From positions 160,001 through 224,000 of the forward strand of contig JBGAML010000002.1 in assembly GCA_044223005.1 (NCBI GenBank): 64,000 bases of DNA, written 5' to 3'. Origin of the DNA: Candidatus Eiseniibacteriota bacterium (GTDB lineage: Bacteria > Eisenbacteria > RBG-16-71-46). Positions within the stretch are counted from its first letter, which is position 1, and each line of letters starts with the position of its first letter. The position numbers and the translations under genes were made by a program. Shown in pieces: positions 1 to 9,958 of this stretch. The notes beneath the pieces were generated by a model, which saw only the letters and a program-made list of their open reading frames with translations, was not told where the DNA came from and searched no databases.

Positions 1-2
1 AC

Positions 3-3000
3 CTCACGCGGATCTACTCCGAGATCGACCGGCACTTCGCGAACGCGCTCGCGGACACGGCGTCCCTGCGAGCGTCGAAGATCGCCGAGTGGGACGACCT
101 GCTCGCGGGCGGCAACTCGCCCGACGCCTACCGCCCGACGCTCTGGGATTTCGTCGCGTTCGAGGCGCTGCGCTTCTGGCAGTCCGGCGAGCAGGCCGGC
201 GCGCGGCCGGCCGACGCGTTCGTGATGCGCGCCGACGGCCCGGCGCTCGCGCCCGCCGAAGAGTTCCTGCGCTGGACGCCGGCGACGAACGACACCGCCG
301 CGGCCGCGTACCGGGCCGTGCGGCTCTACCAGGCGCTGATCGCGTGGCACGGCGCGCGCGGCGACACCGCCGCGCGGGTGGACGCCGACCTGTGGCGCAT
401 CGACTTCGCCCGGAACGTCGCCGTGGGCGGCGAGGCGCGCGCGCGTGCCGAGAAGCGCTACGAAGAGCTCGCCGAACGCTTCGCGCGCCACGAGATCTCC
501 GCGCGGGCCCTGCATGCCTGGGCGTCGCTCGAGCACGAAGCGGGCGACGACGTCGCGGCGCACGCGATCGCGACGCGCGGCCTCGCGCGCTTCCCGGGCA
601 GCATCGGGAGCGACCGCTGCTTCAACCTGCTGCGCGAGATCGAGGCGCACGAGATGCAGGTGAGCGCCGAATCGCCGTGGAACGGTCCGCGCCCCGAGAT
701 CGAGGTCCGCTATCGCAACCTCGACGCCGTGCACTTCCGGCTCGTGGCCTGGGACTTCCGCGCGATGGCGAAGCGCCGCCAGGGGCCGTTCACGATCGAC
801 GACGCGGACCTCGACCGGCTGCGTGCCGCGAAGCCCGTGCGTGCGTGGGAGCAGCCGCTGGCGCCGACGCCGGACTGGAAGGCGAAGCGCGTCACGATGG
901 CCGCGCCCGCAGGCGTGGCCCCGGGCTGCTACGTGCTGCTCTGGAGCGCGCGGCCGTCGTTCGGCAACGACGACAACCAGGTCGGCGCCGGTGTGCTGTG
1001 GGTGAGCGATCTCGCGCTCACGACGCGCGGCGCCGCCGGCGCGATCGAGGGGCTCGTGCTCGACGCGCAGTCGGGCGAGCCGGTGCCGGGCGCGACGGTC
1101 GCGTTCTGGGCGCCGAACGGCAACGACGTCCCCACCGAGCACGGCCGCGTCACGACCGACGCGCAGGGACACTATCGCTGGGCCTCCGCGCCCGTGTGGC
1201 GCACCTTCGCGCTCGTCACCGCCGGCACGCGCATGCTCGCGGTGCCGATGGAGGTCAGTGCGCAGCAGGCACGTGAATACCGCACGTACGCGCACACGCT
1301 CTTCTTCACCGACCGCGGGCTGTATCGTCCCGGCCAGCCGATCCGCTTCAAGGGCATCTGCGCGAGCGTCGACGAGACGAACGACCAGTACCACACGCTG
1401 GCGGGCCAGCGCGTGGTGGTGGCCCTGCGCGACGCCAACGGCCAGGAGGTCGCGCGGCGCGAGGTGCGGAGCAACGACTACGGTTCGTTCGCGGGCGAGT
1501 TCGAGGCGCCGCGCGACCGCCTGCTGGGCGCGATGTCGCTGATGGCGGTCGAGGGCCCGTCGGGCATGGGCACGCTGCGGGTGGAGGAGTACAAGCGGCC
1601 GAAGTTCGTCGTCGAGATGGAAGCGCCGCGCACGCCCGCGCGGCTCGACTCCACGGTGACCGTGACCGGCCGTGCGCTCGCGTACACCGGTGCCGCCGTC
1701 GACGGCGCGATCGTGCGCTGGCACGTGACGCGCAACGTGTTCCTGCCGGCGTGGTGGTCGTGGCGCTGGTGGTGGCGCCCGGCGCCCACCGGCGGGCCGC
1801 AGGAGATCGCGCACGGCGAGTCACGCACCGACGCCGACGGCCATTTCGCCGTGTCGTTCCTCGCCACGCCCGATTCGAGCGTGAACGCCGCCGACGAGGC
1901 GAGCTTCGGCTTCGCGATCTCGGCCGACGTCACCGATCCCAGCGGCGAGACGCGCTCCGCCTCGCAGTCGGTGGTGGTCGGCTGGACGACGCTGGCGGCC
2001 GACCTGTCGTGTGCCGAGTGGCAGGAGAGCGGCAAGCCGGTCGAGATCGCCGTGAGCACGCACACGCTGGATGGGCGTCCACAGGCGGCGCGCGGGCGCG
2101 TGACGATCGAGCGCCTGCGCGGTCCCGAGCGCGTCACGCGCGCCGAGACGCCCGACCGCATCGGCCGCTGGCGCGACGGCGAAACCGCGCTCCGTGCGCC
2201 CGACGCGCGCACCGACGATCCGCGCTCCTGGCCGATCGAGCAGGTCGCCGCGGCGCGGGACGTCGCGACGGACAGCACCGGCCGCAGCGTGGTGCCCGTG
2301 CCGCTCGCGGCGGGCTGGTACCGGGTGTCGCTCGAGACGCGCGACCCGGCCGGTCACCGCGTGACCGCGGTGCGCACGGTCGAGGTGCTCGACCTGGCCG
2401 CGAACCGCTACGCCACGCGGCTCCCGGACGTGTTCCGCACCCGCGAGACCGTGGTGGAGCCGGGGCACGAGTTCGTGGCCCTGTGGGCGAGTGGCTACGA
2501 CCGCGCGCGCGCGTTCGTCGAAGTCGTGCATCGCGGCAAGGTGGTGCAGTCGTGGTGGACCGCGCCCGGCGCGACGCAGGCCGTGATCCGCGTGCCGGTG
2601 ACGCCGGAGATGCGCGGCGGCTTCAGCGTGAACGTGACCATGGTGCGCGAGAACCGCGCCTACACGCATCACACCGCGGTCATGGTGCCGTGGAGCGATC
2701 GCGTCCTCGACGTGCGGTGGGAACGTTTCGTGTCGAACCTCCACCCGGGCCAGCACGAGACGTGGACTGCGGTGATCACCGGGCCGGACGCGCTGCGTCA
2801 CGTCGCCGAGATGGCCGCGACGCTCTACGACGCCTCGCTCGACGCGTTCGCCCCGCTGTCGTGGCCGTCGAGCTTCCCGGGCTTCCGCACCGAGTGGGAG
2901 TGGAGCGAGGTGCGCACGAGCGCGTCGTCGGTCTCGCTCGACTGGCGGAGCGGCTCGTGGCGGCAGGAGTACCGTGCGGACGGGCTCTCGTACCGCGAGT

Positions 3001-5636
3001 TCCCGTACGGCCTGCTCTACGGCCAGTACGACGAGTGGCTCGTGCCGCAGTCGCTCGCCGAGCGGCGGGCGAGGCCGCCGGTGACGCGCTATCGCCGCGC
3101 GGAGGTGCCGGGCCGCGAGGGCGGCCGGGCGTACCCGGCCGCGGCGCCGATGGCGTCGTCGGGCGTGCTCGCGATGCAGGAGAAGTCGATCGCCGGAAAT
3201 GCCGTGCGCGCCAAGGAGGCCGACGCCTCCGACGGGCGAGCCGATCGGGTGGAGCGGCTTTCGGTCCCCGTCGGCAGCCTCGCGACCATCGCGCCGCCGC
3301 CGCCGCCGCCCGCGCCGAACCTGGACGCCGTCGCCGCGAGGCACGACCTGCGCGAGACCGCGTTCTTCTTCCCGCAGCTGGTCGCGAACGAGAAGGGCGA
3401 GGTGCGCATCGAGTTCACGATGCCCGAGGGCGTCACGCGCTGGCGGTTCCTCGGCTTCGCGCACGACCGCGACCTGCGCGCCGGGCTGCTCGGCGGGCAG
3501 GCGGTGACGACGCGCGAGCTCATGGTGCAGCCCAACCCGCCGCGCTTCCTGCGCGAAGGCGACGTGCTCGAGTTCACGGTCAAGGTCACGAACCTCACCG
3601 ACGCGCCGCAGTCGGGCCGCGTGCGGCTCACGTTCGCGGACGCGATCACCGGCGCGCCGCAGGACGTGGCGCTCGAGAACACCCGGCCCGAGCAGGCGTT
3701 CGACGTGCCGGCGCGGCAGTCGCGCACGTTCGCGTGGACACTGCACGTGCCGGACGATCAGGGCCCGCTCACGTACAAGGCCGTCGCCGCGTCGGCGAAG
3801 TGGTCCGACGGCGAGGACGGCGTGCTGCCGGTGCTGTCGCGCAGCATCCTCGTCTCCGAGGCGCTGCCGCTGCCGATCCGCGGCGCGGGCACGAAGACTT
3901 TCGACTTCGAGCGGCTCGAGCGCTCGGGGCCCGGCAGCCGCGTGCGCAGCAAGTCGCTCACGGTGCAGATGGTGTCGAATCCCGCGTGGTACGCGGTGAT
4001 GGCGCTGCCGTACCTCATGGAGTACCCGTTCGAGTGCTCCGAGCAGACCTTCAACCGCCTCTACGCGGACCAGCTCGCGCGTCACATCGCGGACAGCGAT
4101 CCGCGCATCCGCGCCGTGTTCGACCAGTGGAAGGGCACGAAGACGCTCGATTCACCGCTCGAGCAGAATCCCGACCTCAAGTCGGTCACGCTGCTCGCGA
4201 CCCCGTGGGTGCGCCAGGGCCAGTCCGAAGCGCAGGCGCGCCGCAACGTCGGCCTGCTCTTCGACCGTGACCGGCTCGAGCGCGAATCGGCATCGGCCAC
4301 CACGAAGCTGCTGGCCATGCAGCGGGCCGACGGCATGTGGCCGTGGTTCCCGGGCGGGCCCGCCAACGAGTACCTCACGCTCTACATCACGACCGGCTTC
4401 GGGCGGCTGCGCCACCTCGGCGTCGACGTCGCGATGGACGCGCCGAAGCGCTCGCTGCAGGGGCTCGACGCGTGGAGCGACCAGATGTACCGCGCCATCC
4501 TGCGGCGCGGGAACCCGGAGGCGAACCATCTCTCGCCGCTCGTCGCGCTCTACCTCTACGGCCGCAGCTTCTACCTCGCCGACCAGCCCATCGCGGCGCC
4601 GTACACGGCCGCGCGCGACTACTGGCTCGGACAGGCGAAGCGGTACTGGCTGCAGCTCGACTCGCGCCAGGCGCAGGGCCAGCTCGCCGTCGCGCTGCAG
4701 CGTTTCGGCGACCGGAAGACCGCCCTCGCGATCCTCGCGTCCGTGCGCGAGCACGCGGTGACGAACGACGAGATGGGCATGTTCTGGCGCGACGAGGAGC
4801 ACTCGTGGTGGTGGTACCGCGCGCCGATCGAGACCCAGGCGATGCTGATCGAGGCGTTCGACGAGGTCGCGCACGATTCCGCGGCCGTCGCCGAGTGCCG
4901 GATCTGGCTGCTCAAGCAGAAGCAGACGCAGGACTGGAAGACGACCAAGGCCACCGCCGACGCCGTCTACGCGCTGCTGCTGCGAGGCACCGACCTGCTC
5001 GCGTCGGACGCCGTGGTCGAGGTCGCGCTCGGCGACTCGCTCGTGCGCCACGATGCGGCCGAGGCCGGCACGGGGTTCTGGGAGGCGCGCTACGCCGGCC
5101 CGCGCGTGCGGCCCGCCATGGGGCACGTCACGGTGACGAAGCGCGATCCCGGCGTGGCGTGGGGCAGCGTGCACTGGCAGTACCTCGCCGATCTCGCGGA
5201 CGTGACGCCGTACACCGGCACGCCGCTCACGCTCCGCAAGACGCTGTGGGTGCGCGTGCCCTCGGCGACGGGGCCGAAGCTCCAGCCGATGAACGGTCCG
5301 GTCACGGTCGGCGACGAGATCGTGGTGCGGCTCGAGCTGCGCACGGACCGCGACATGGAGTACGTGCACCTCGAGGACGGGCGTGGCAGCGGCACCGAGC
5401 CCGTGAACGTGATCTCGAGCTACAGGCAGCAGGACGGGCTCTGGTACTACGAGGAGACGCGCGACACCGGGTCGCACTTCTTCGTCGACTACCTGCCCAA
5501 GGGCACGTACGTGTTCGAGTACTCCGTCCGCGCGCAGCACCGCGGCACGTACCCGAGCGGGATCGCCTCGATCCAGTGCCTGTACGCGCCCGAGTTCGGC
5601 AGCCACTCGGAGAGCCTGCCGATCACCTGCCGCTGA
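3..5636 (+). CDS. Bacterial alpha-2-macroglobulin family protein, 5'-truncated by the window edge
   Basis: Frame is open from base 3 into the 1804-aa ORF. Motifs FTDRGLYRPG, VEEYKRP, ETAFFFPQL, PRFLREGD, thioester YPFECSEQ (4035-4046) and C-terminal YAPEF. Confidence 0.95.
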   Translation, partial: LTRIYSEIDRHFANALADTASLRASKIAEWDDLLAGGNSPDAYRPTLWDFVAFEALRFWQSGEQAGARPADAFVMRADGPALAPAEEFLRWTPATNDTAAAAYRAVRLYQALIAWHGARGDTAARVDADLWRIDFARNVAVGGEARARAEKRYEELAERFARHEISARALHAWASLEHEAGDDVAAHAIATRGLARFPGSIGSDRCFNLLREIEAHEMQVSAESPWNGPRPEIEVRYRNLDAVHFRLVAWDFRAMAKRRQGPFTIDDADLDRLRAAKPVRAWEQPLAPTPDWKAKRVTMAAPAGVAPGCYVLLWSARPSFGNDDNQVGAGVLWVSDLALTTRGAAGAIEGLVLDAQSGEPVPGATVAFWAPNGNDVPTEHGRVTTDAQGHYRWASAPVWRTFALVTAGTRMLAVPMEVSAQQAREYRTYAHTLFFTDRGLYRPGQPIRFKGICASVDETNDQYHTLAGQRVVVALRDANGQEVARREVRSNDYGSFAGEFEAPRDRLLGAMSLMAVEGPSGMGTLRVEEYKRPKFVVEMEAPRTPARLDSTVTVTGRALAYTGAAVDGAIVRWHVTRNVFLPAWWSWRWWWRPAPTGGPQEIAHGESRTDADGHFAVSFLATPDSSVNAADEASFGFAISADVTDPSGETRSASQSVVVGWTTLAADLSCAEWQESGKPVEIAVSTHTLDGRPQAARGRVTIERLRGPERVTRAETPDRIGRWRDGETALRAPDARTDDPRSWPIEQVAAARDVATDSTGRSVVPVPLAAGWYRVSLETRDPAGHRVTAVRTVEVLDLAANRYATRLPDVFRTRETVVEPGHEFVALWASGYDRARAFVEVVHRGKVVQSWWTAPGATQAVIRVPVTPEMRGGFSVNVTMVRENRAYTHHTAVMVPWSDRVLDVRWERFVSNLHPGQHETWTAVITGPDALRHVAEMAATLYDASLDAFAPLSWPSSFPGFRTEWEWSEVRTSASSVSLDWRSGSWRQEYRADGLSYREFPYGLLYGQYDEWLVPQSLAERRARPPVTRYRRAEVPGREGGRAYPAAAPMASSGVLAMQEKSIAGNAVRAKEADASDGRADRVERLSVPVGSLATIAPPPPPPAPNLDAVAARHDLRETAFFFPQLVANEKGEVRIEFTMPEGVTRWRFLGFAHDRDLRAGLLGGQAVTTRELMVQPNPPRFLREGDVLEFTVKVTNLTDAPQSGRVRLTFADAITGAPQDVALENTRPEQAFDVPARQSRTFAWTLHVPDDQGPLTYKAVAASAKWSDGEDGVLPVLSRSILVSEALPLPIRGAGTKTFDFERLERSGPGSRVRSKSLTVQMVSNPAWYAVMALPYLMEYPFECSEQTFNRLYADQLARHIADSDPRIRAVFDQWKGTKTLDSPLEQNPDLKSVTLLATPWVRQGQSEAQARRNVGLLFDRDRLERESASATTKLLAMQRADGMWPWFPGGPANEYLTLYITTGFGRLRHLGVDVAMDAPKRSLQGLDAWSDQMYRAILRRGNPEANHLSPLVALYLYGRSFYLADQPIAAPYTAARDYWLGQAKRYWLQLDSRQAQGQLAVALQRFGDRKTALAILASVREHAVTNDEMGMFWRDEEHSWWWYRAPIETQAMLIEAFDEVAHDSAAVAECRIWLLKQKQTQDWKTTKATADAVYALLLRGTDLLASDAVVEVALGDSLVRHDAAEAGTGFWEARYAGPRVRPAMGHVTVTKRDPGVAWGSVHWQYLADLADVTPYTGTPLTLRKTLWVRVPSATGPKLQPMNGPVTVGDEIVVRLELRTDRDMEYVHLEDGRGSGTEPVNVISSYRQQDGLWYYEETRDTGSHFFVDYLPKGTYVFEYSVRAQHRGTYPSGIASIQCLYAPEFGSHSESLPITCR

Positions 5637-5654
5637 CCGCCCGGAACGCCGGAC

Positions 5655-5689
5655 CCGGGGCGCCGCCGACCGCGGCGCCCCGGCGTTTT
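5655..5689 (+). terminator. Intrinsic terminator after the A2M gene
   Basis: 12-bp perfect stem CCGGGGCGCCGC/GCGGCGCCCCGG, 5-nt loop, followed by CGTTTT. Confidence 0.65.
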
Positions 5690-5778
5690 CCGGCCAGTTC
5701 CCGCAAATGCCGGCCCGGAACGCCCGCGCCCGAATCCCGGGGCCCCGCCCGCGCATCTGTAGCGTGGGAGGTTTCAAT

Positions 5779-6213
5779 ATGCCGCTCACCGGGAATGCCC
5801 GATTCGCAGTCGCCGTCCACGTGCTCGTCCTGCTCGCCATGGACGACCAGCCCGTGCGATCGGACGACATCGCCGGCAGCGTGGGGACGCATCCCGTGGT
5901 CGTGCGCCGGATCCTCGGCATGCTGCAGGCCGCCGGCCTCGTGACGGGCCGCACCGGACCCGGCGGTGGCTTCCGGCTGGCCCGTTCCGCGAACGCGATC
6001 GCGCTCGACGCCGTCTTCCTGGCCGTCGAGGACGCGCACGCCGCACCGCTCTGCCATCACCCGAACGATCGCTGCCCCGTCGGACGCCACATCGAGGACG
6101 TGCTGGTCCCGATCGGCGAGAAGGCGGGGAAGGCGTTCCTCGCTTCGCTCGCCACGCAGACCGTCGCCGACGTGTCGCGGCAGCTCAAGCGCACGATCGC
6201 GCGCACGGCCTGA
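5779..6213 (+). CDS. Rrf2 family transcriptional regulator (YwnA-like)
   Basis: RFAVAVHVL...VGTHPVVVRRILGML..AGLV...GPGGGFRLAR and HHPNDRCPVG. SD GGAGG at 5767 precedes ATG 5779. Confidence 0.9.
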   Translation: MPLTGNARFAVAVHVLVLLAMDDQPVRSDDIAGSVGTHPVVVRRILGMLQAAGLVTGRTGPGGGFRLARSANAIALDAVFLAVEDAHAAPLCHHPNDRCPVGRHIEDVLVPIGEKAGKAFLASLATQTVADVSRQLKRTIARTA

Positions 6214-6238
6214 CGCTCCGGCCCTCACGAGCCCACCC

Positions 6239-7108
6239 ATGGAAACCGCCACGCTCCCCGCGACGCTCGCGCTGGGTGCGGTCCACCTGACGGTGGCCGA
6301 CCTCGACGCGGCCATCGACTTCTACACGCGGCGCATCGGGCTGCGGCTCAAGGTGCGCAGCGAGGGCGAGGCGCGGCTGGGCACGCGCGACGAGGACCTG
6401 CTCGTGCTGGTGGCGCGGCCCGACGCGCGGCGCGCGCGCGGTACGACGGGGCTCTACCATTTCGCGATCCTGGTGCCGTCGCGCGCGGACCTCGCGAACG
6501 TGCTCCGCCACCTCGTCGAGACCCGCACGCCGCTGCAGGGCGCGTCGGACCACCTCGTGAGCGAGGCGGTCTACCTCGCGGACCCCGAGGGCAACGGCAT
6601 CGAGATCTACCGCGATCGTCCGCGTGCGGAATGGCCGCTGCGGGACGGCCGGTTGCGCATGGCGACGGACCCGCTCGACGTCGACGGCCTGCTCGCCGAA
6701 TCCGCCGGCGGCACGTGGAGCGGCCTGCCCGACGGCACGCGCATGGGGCACGTGCATCTGCATGTCTCGCGACTGCCCGAGACGGAGGCCTTCTACACCG
6801 GCGTACTCGGGTTCGACCTCGTGCAGCGCTACGGCGGCGCTGCGCTGTTCGTGTCGGCGGGCGGCTACCACCATCACGTCGGGCTCAACACGTGGGCCGG
6901 CGAGGGCGCGCCCGCGCCGCCGCCGGATTCACTCGGCCTGCGCTTCTTCGAGGTCCGCCTGCCCGACGCCGACGCGCTCGCGGCGCTCGCAGCGCGCGTC
7001 CGCGAATCGGGTGCGCGCGCGAAGGACGTGCCCTGCGGACTCGACGTCGCCGACCCCTCGGGCAACCACCTGCGGTTCACGACGCCGGGCGCGGACTCGC
7101 GGTCCTGA
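6239..7108 (+). CDS. Two-domain VOC family protein, CatE-like ring-cleavage dioxygenase
   Basis: VHLTVADL, GLYHFAIL, DHLVSEAVYLADPEGNGIEIY, MGHVHLHV, GGYHHHVGLNTW. Confidence 0.88.
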   Translation: METATLPATLALGAVHLTVADLDAAIDFYTRRIGLRLKVRSEGEARLGTRDEDLLVLVARPDARRARGTTGLYHFAILVPSRADLANVLRHLVETRTPLQGASDHLVSEAVYLADPEGNGIEIYRDRPRAEWPLRDGRLRMATDPLDVDGLLAESAGGTWSGLPDGTRMGHVHLHVSRLPETEAFYTGVLGFDLVQRYGGAALFVSAGGYHHHVGLNTWAGEGAPAPPPDSLGLRFFEVRLPDADALAALAARVRESGARAKDVPCGLDVADPSGNHLRFTTPGADSRS

Positions 7109-7126
7109 CCGCGGTGCCGTCACGCG

Positions 7127-7164
7127 AACGGCCCGCCGGCGAGTGCCGGCGGGCCGTTTCGTTC
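7127..7164. terminator. Bidirectional terminator hairpin between convergent genes
   Basis: Perfect 14-bp stem AACGGCCCGCCGGC-GAGT-GCCGGCGGGCCGTT. Confidence 0.75.
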
Positions 7165-7175
7165 GCCGTCGCGGC

Positions 7176-7952
7176 TCACATGCCGAGAATGTGCCAGCCC
7201 GCGTCCACGTAGAGCGTGGTGCCGGTGATGCCGCTGGCGAGGTCGGAGAGCAGGAACAGGCCCGCCGTGCCGACTTCCTCCTTGGTGATGTTGCGCTCGA
7301 GCGGCGCGGCGCCGGAGTGTTCCTTGAGCATGTCCGTGAAGCCGCGGATGCCGCGGGCGGCGAGCGTGTTGACCGGACCGGCCGAGAGGGCGTTCACGCG
7401 GATGTTCTTCGGTCCGAGCTCGTAGGCCATCTGCCGCGTCGCCTGCTCGAGCACGGCCTTGGCGCTGCCCATCACGTTGTAGTTGGGGATCGCGCGATTG
7501 GCGGCGAGGTAGGAGAGCGTGATCACGCTGGCGCCGTTCTTCTCGAGCAGCGGCAGCGTGCGGTTCACGACGTTGATGAACGAGTACGCGCTCACGTCGA
7601 GCGCCAGTTGGAAGCCCTCGCGCGGCGTCTTCACGAAACTGCCTTCGAGGTCCTCCTTGCGCGCGAACGCGATGCCGTGAACGAGGATCTCCAGCGAACC
7701 CCAGCGGCCCGCGATCTTCTTCGCGACCTCGTCGATCTCGTAGTCCTTCGTGACGTCGCACTCGGTCGTGAAGCAGTGCGGGAGCGTCGCGGCCAGCTCC
7801 TCGACGGCGGTCTTCAGCCGCTCGCCGGCGTACGTCAGGCAGATGCGCGCCCCGGCCTGCGACAGGCACTGAGCGATCGCCCACGAGAGGCTCCGGTGGT
7901 TGGCGACGCCCATGACGAGGGCGTGCTTGCCGCGAAGATCGATCGAGTACAT
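7176..7952 (-). CDS. fabI: Enoyl-ACP reductase FabI
   Basis: GVANHRSLSWAIA, catalytic YNVMGSAKA, NALSAGPVNTLAA. Confidence 0.93.
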   Translation of the reverse strand: MYSIDLRGKHALVMGVANHRSLSWAIAQCLSQAGARICLTYAGERLKTAVEELAATLPHCFTTECDVTKDYEIDEVAKKIAGRWGSLEILVHGIAFARKEDLEGSFVKTPREGFQLALDVSAYSFINVVNRTLPLLEKNGASVITLSYLAANRAIPNYNVMGSAKAVLEQATRQMAYELGPKNIRVNALSAGPVNTLAARGIRGFTDMLKEHSGAAPLERNITKEEVGTAGLFLLSDLASGITGTTLYVDAGWHILGM

Positions 7953-7968
7953 CGGCTTCCTCCGGGGT

Positions 7969-9948
7969 TCAGGCGATGCGCTGCCGTTCCCAGACGCGGA
8001 TCGGCAGGATGACGACCGGGATGCCCAGGAACTGCAGGCGGCGCTGGACTGCGAACGCGGTCTCCTGGTGGAGCGACCGGGTCCACAGCGTCTCGCGCTG
8101 GAACACCAGCTGCCCCGCGAACACGGTACAGCCGCGGAACTCCTTCGTCAGGTCGCGGCACAGCTGCTCGAGTTCTTCGACGAGGTCGGTGCCGACCGCG
8201 AACCGGTATTCGGCGTAGTATCCCATGCGGCTCGCCGTGTCGACGAACTTCTCGAGATCGCCGCGGACCTGCGATTCCAGCGCCTCGACGCTGTCGGCGC
8301 CCTTGAAGCGGCCCGAATCCACGAGCCCCACAGAGCAGAACACCACGTTCCCGAACATCTTCGGGAAGAGCCGCTGGATCGAGAGCAGCGTGTGCAGCCC
8401 GAGTCCGTCGTAGCCCTCCACGAGGACGATCGCGGTCCGCGCGGCGGGGTCGAGCTCCGGCGCCTTCGTGCGCGCCGGGAACGGCAGGTCCGAGAGCGAA
8501 TCGTCGAGGGTGCGCAGCACGCGCTTCACGTGCTCGTAGTGGCGCCGCACCAGGACGCACGCGCCGACCAGCGCGCCGGTCACGACGAGCGTCACCCAGC
8601 CACCCTCGCGGAACTTGACCGCGCTCGTGATCGCGAGGATCACCGCGCAGACCAGGGTGCCGGTGGCCGCCAGCAGCAGGCGGCGGCGCCAGTGCGCCTC
8701 TTTCGCGCGCACCTGCCACCAGTGGATCGCCATGCCGAGCTGCGACAGCGTGAACGTGATGAACACGTTGATCGAATACATGACGATCAGCACGCTCACC
8801 TGGCCGCGCGTGCCGAGCAGCGTGACCGCGGTCGCGATTCCCATGAGCAGCACGCCGTTCTGCGTCACGAGGCGTTCGGACAGGTGCGCGAAGCGCCGCG
8901 GGACCCAGTGGTCGATCGCCATCGCGCTCAGCGTGCGCGGCCCGTCGATGAATCCCGTCTGCGCCGCGAGGAAGAGCAGCATGCCCTCGGACAGCAGCGT
9001 CAGCGCTACGATCGCCGGGCCGAGCGCGAACGGCCCCACGTGCCAGCCGCGCGTCAGCACGTCCCAGAGGACGGCGTTGAGCGTGAGGCCGGGCTGGTGG
9101 TGGACGTCGTGCATCAGGTAGCAGACGAGGATGCCGCCGGCGGTGAATGACAGCGACACCGACATGAGCAGCATCGTCCGGCGCGCCGTCTGGACGCGCG
9201 GCTCGCGCAGGATGGGCATGCCGTTCGAGACCGCCTCGATGCCCGTGAACGTGCCGCCGCCCAGCGAGAACGCGCGCAGTAGCAGCACGAGCGTCCCGAC
9301 CGTGCCGAGTCCGAGCTCGGCCGAACGCAGGTCCGCCACCGTGTCGCCGAGCACGTGCGGCAGGTGCGCGGCGCTCGAGACCACGCCCCAGACGATCAGC
9401 GCCACGTGCGTGACCACGAACGCGATGAAGATCGGCATCAGCACCTTCACGGATTCGCGCACGCCGCGGAGGTTGAGCGCGACGAGTCCCGCGATCACCG
9501 CAAGCTCGCAGCCGAGCTTGTACGGCAGCCAGCCGCCGGGGAGGAACGAGAAGATGGCGTCGCAGCCGGACGCCACCGAGGTCGCGACCGTGAGCATGTA
9601 GTCCACCACCAGCGCGCTGCCCGAGACCACGCCGGCGGTCGGACCCAGCAGGCGCGACGCCACGAGGTAGCCGCCGCCGCCGCTCGGGAAGAGCTCGATG
9701 ATCTGCCCGTAGGACGCCGAGATGAGCATGACCGTCGCGACGATCGCGACGGCGAGCAGCAGCGCGAGGTGCGGGTGGCCGCCCAGCGCGAGGAACGCTT
9801 CCTCGGGACCGTAGGAGGACGACGAGAGCCCGTCCGAGCCGAGGCCGACCCACGCGAACAGCGCGACCAGTGCGAGCTGGTGGTGGACATGCGGGTCGCG
9901 CAGGTTGCGCGGAGCGCCGAGGACGGCCTGGCGGAAACGCTCGAACAC
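7969..9948 (-). CDS. APC-superfamily permease, KimA/YdaO-like putative K+ transporter (paralog B)
   Basis: 659 aa, many TM segments; SDGLSSSSYGPEE, GGGGYLVA, VVDY, TGIEAVSN; soluble C-terminal domain. Confidence 0.85.
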   Translation of the reverse strand: MFERFRQAVLGAPRNLRDPHVHHQLALVALFAWVGLGSDGLSSSSYGPEEAFLALGGHPHLALLLAVAIVATVMLISASYGQIIELFPSGGGGYLVASRLLGPTAGVVSGSALVVDYMLTVATSVASGCDAIFSFLPGGWLPYKLGCELAVIAGLVALNLRGVRESVKVLMPIFIAFVVTHVALIVWGVVSSAAHLPHVLGDTVADLRSAELGLGTVGTLVLLLRAFSLGGGTFTGIEAVSNGMPILREPRVQTARRTMLLMSVSLSFTAGGILVCYLMHDVHHQPGLTLNAVLWDVLTRGWHVGPFALGPAIVALTLLSEGMLLFLAAQTGFIDGPRTLSAMAIDHWVPRRFAHLSERLVTQNGVLLMGIATAVTLLGTRGQVSVLIVMYSINVFITFTLSQLGMAIHWWQVRAKEAHWRRRLLLAATGTLVCAVILAITSAVKFREGGWVTLVVTGALVGACVLVRRHYEHVKRVLRTLDDSLSDLPFPARTKAPELDPAARTAIVLVEGYDGLGLHTLLSIQRLFPKMFGNVVFCSVGLVDSGRFKGADSVEALESQVRGDLEKFVDTASRMGYYAEYRFAVGTDLVEELEQLCRDLTKEFRGCTVFAGQLVFQRETLWTRSLHQETAFAVQRRLQFLGIPVVILPIRVWERQRIA

Positions 9949-9958
9949 GGCCGGCCGC

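Noticed and set aside
3290..3320. CCG run as a contingency repeat
   Set aside because: Encodes an in-frame poly-Pro linker; triplet changes would not switch phase.
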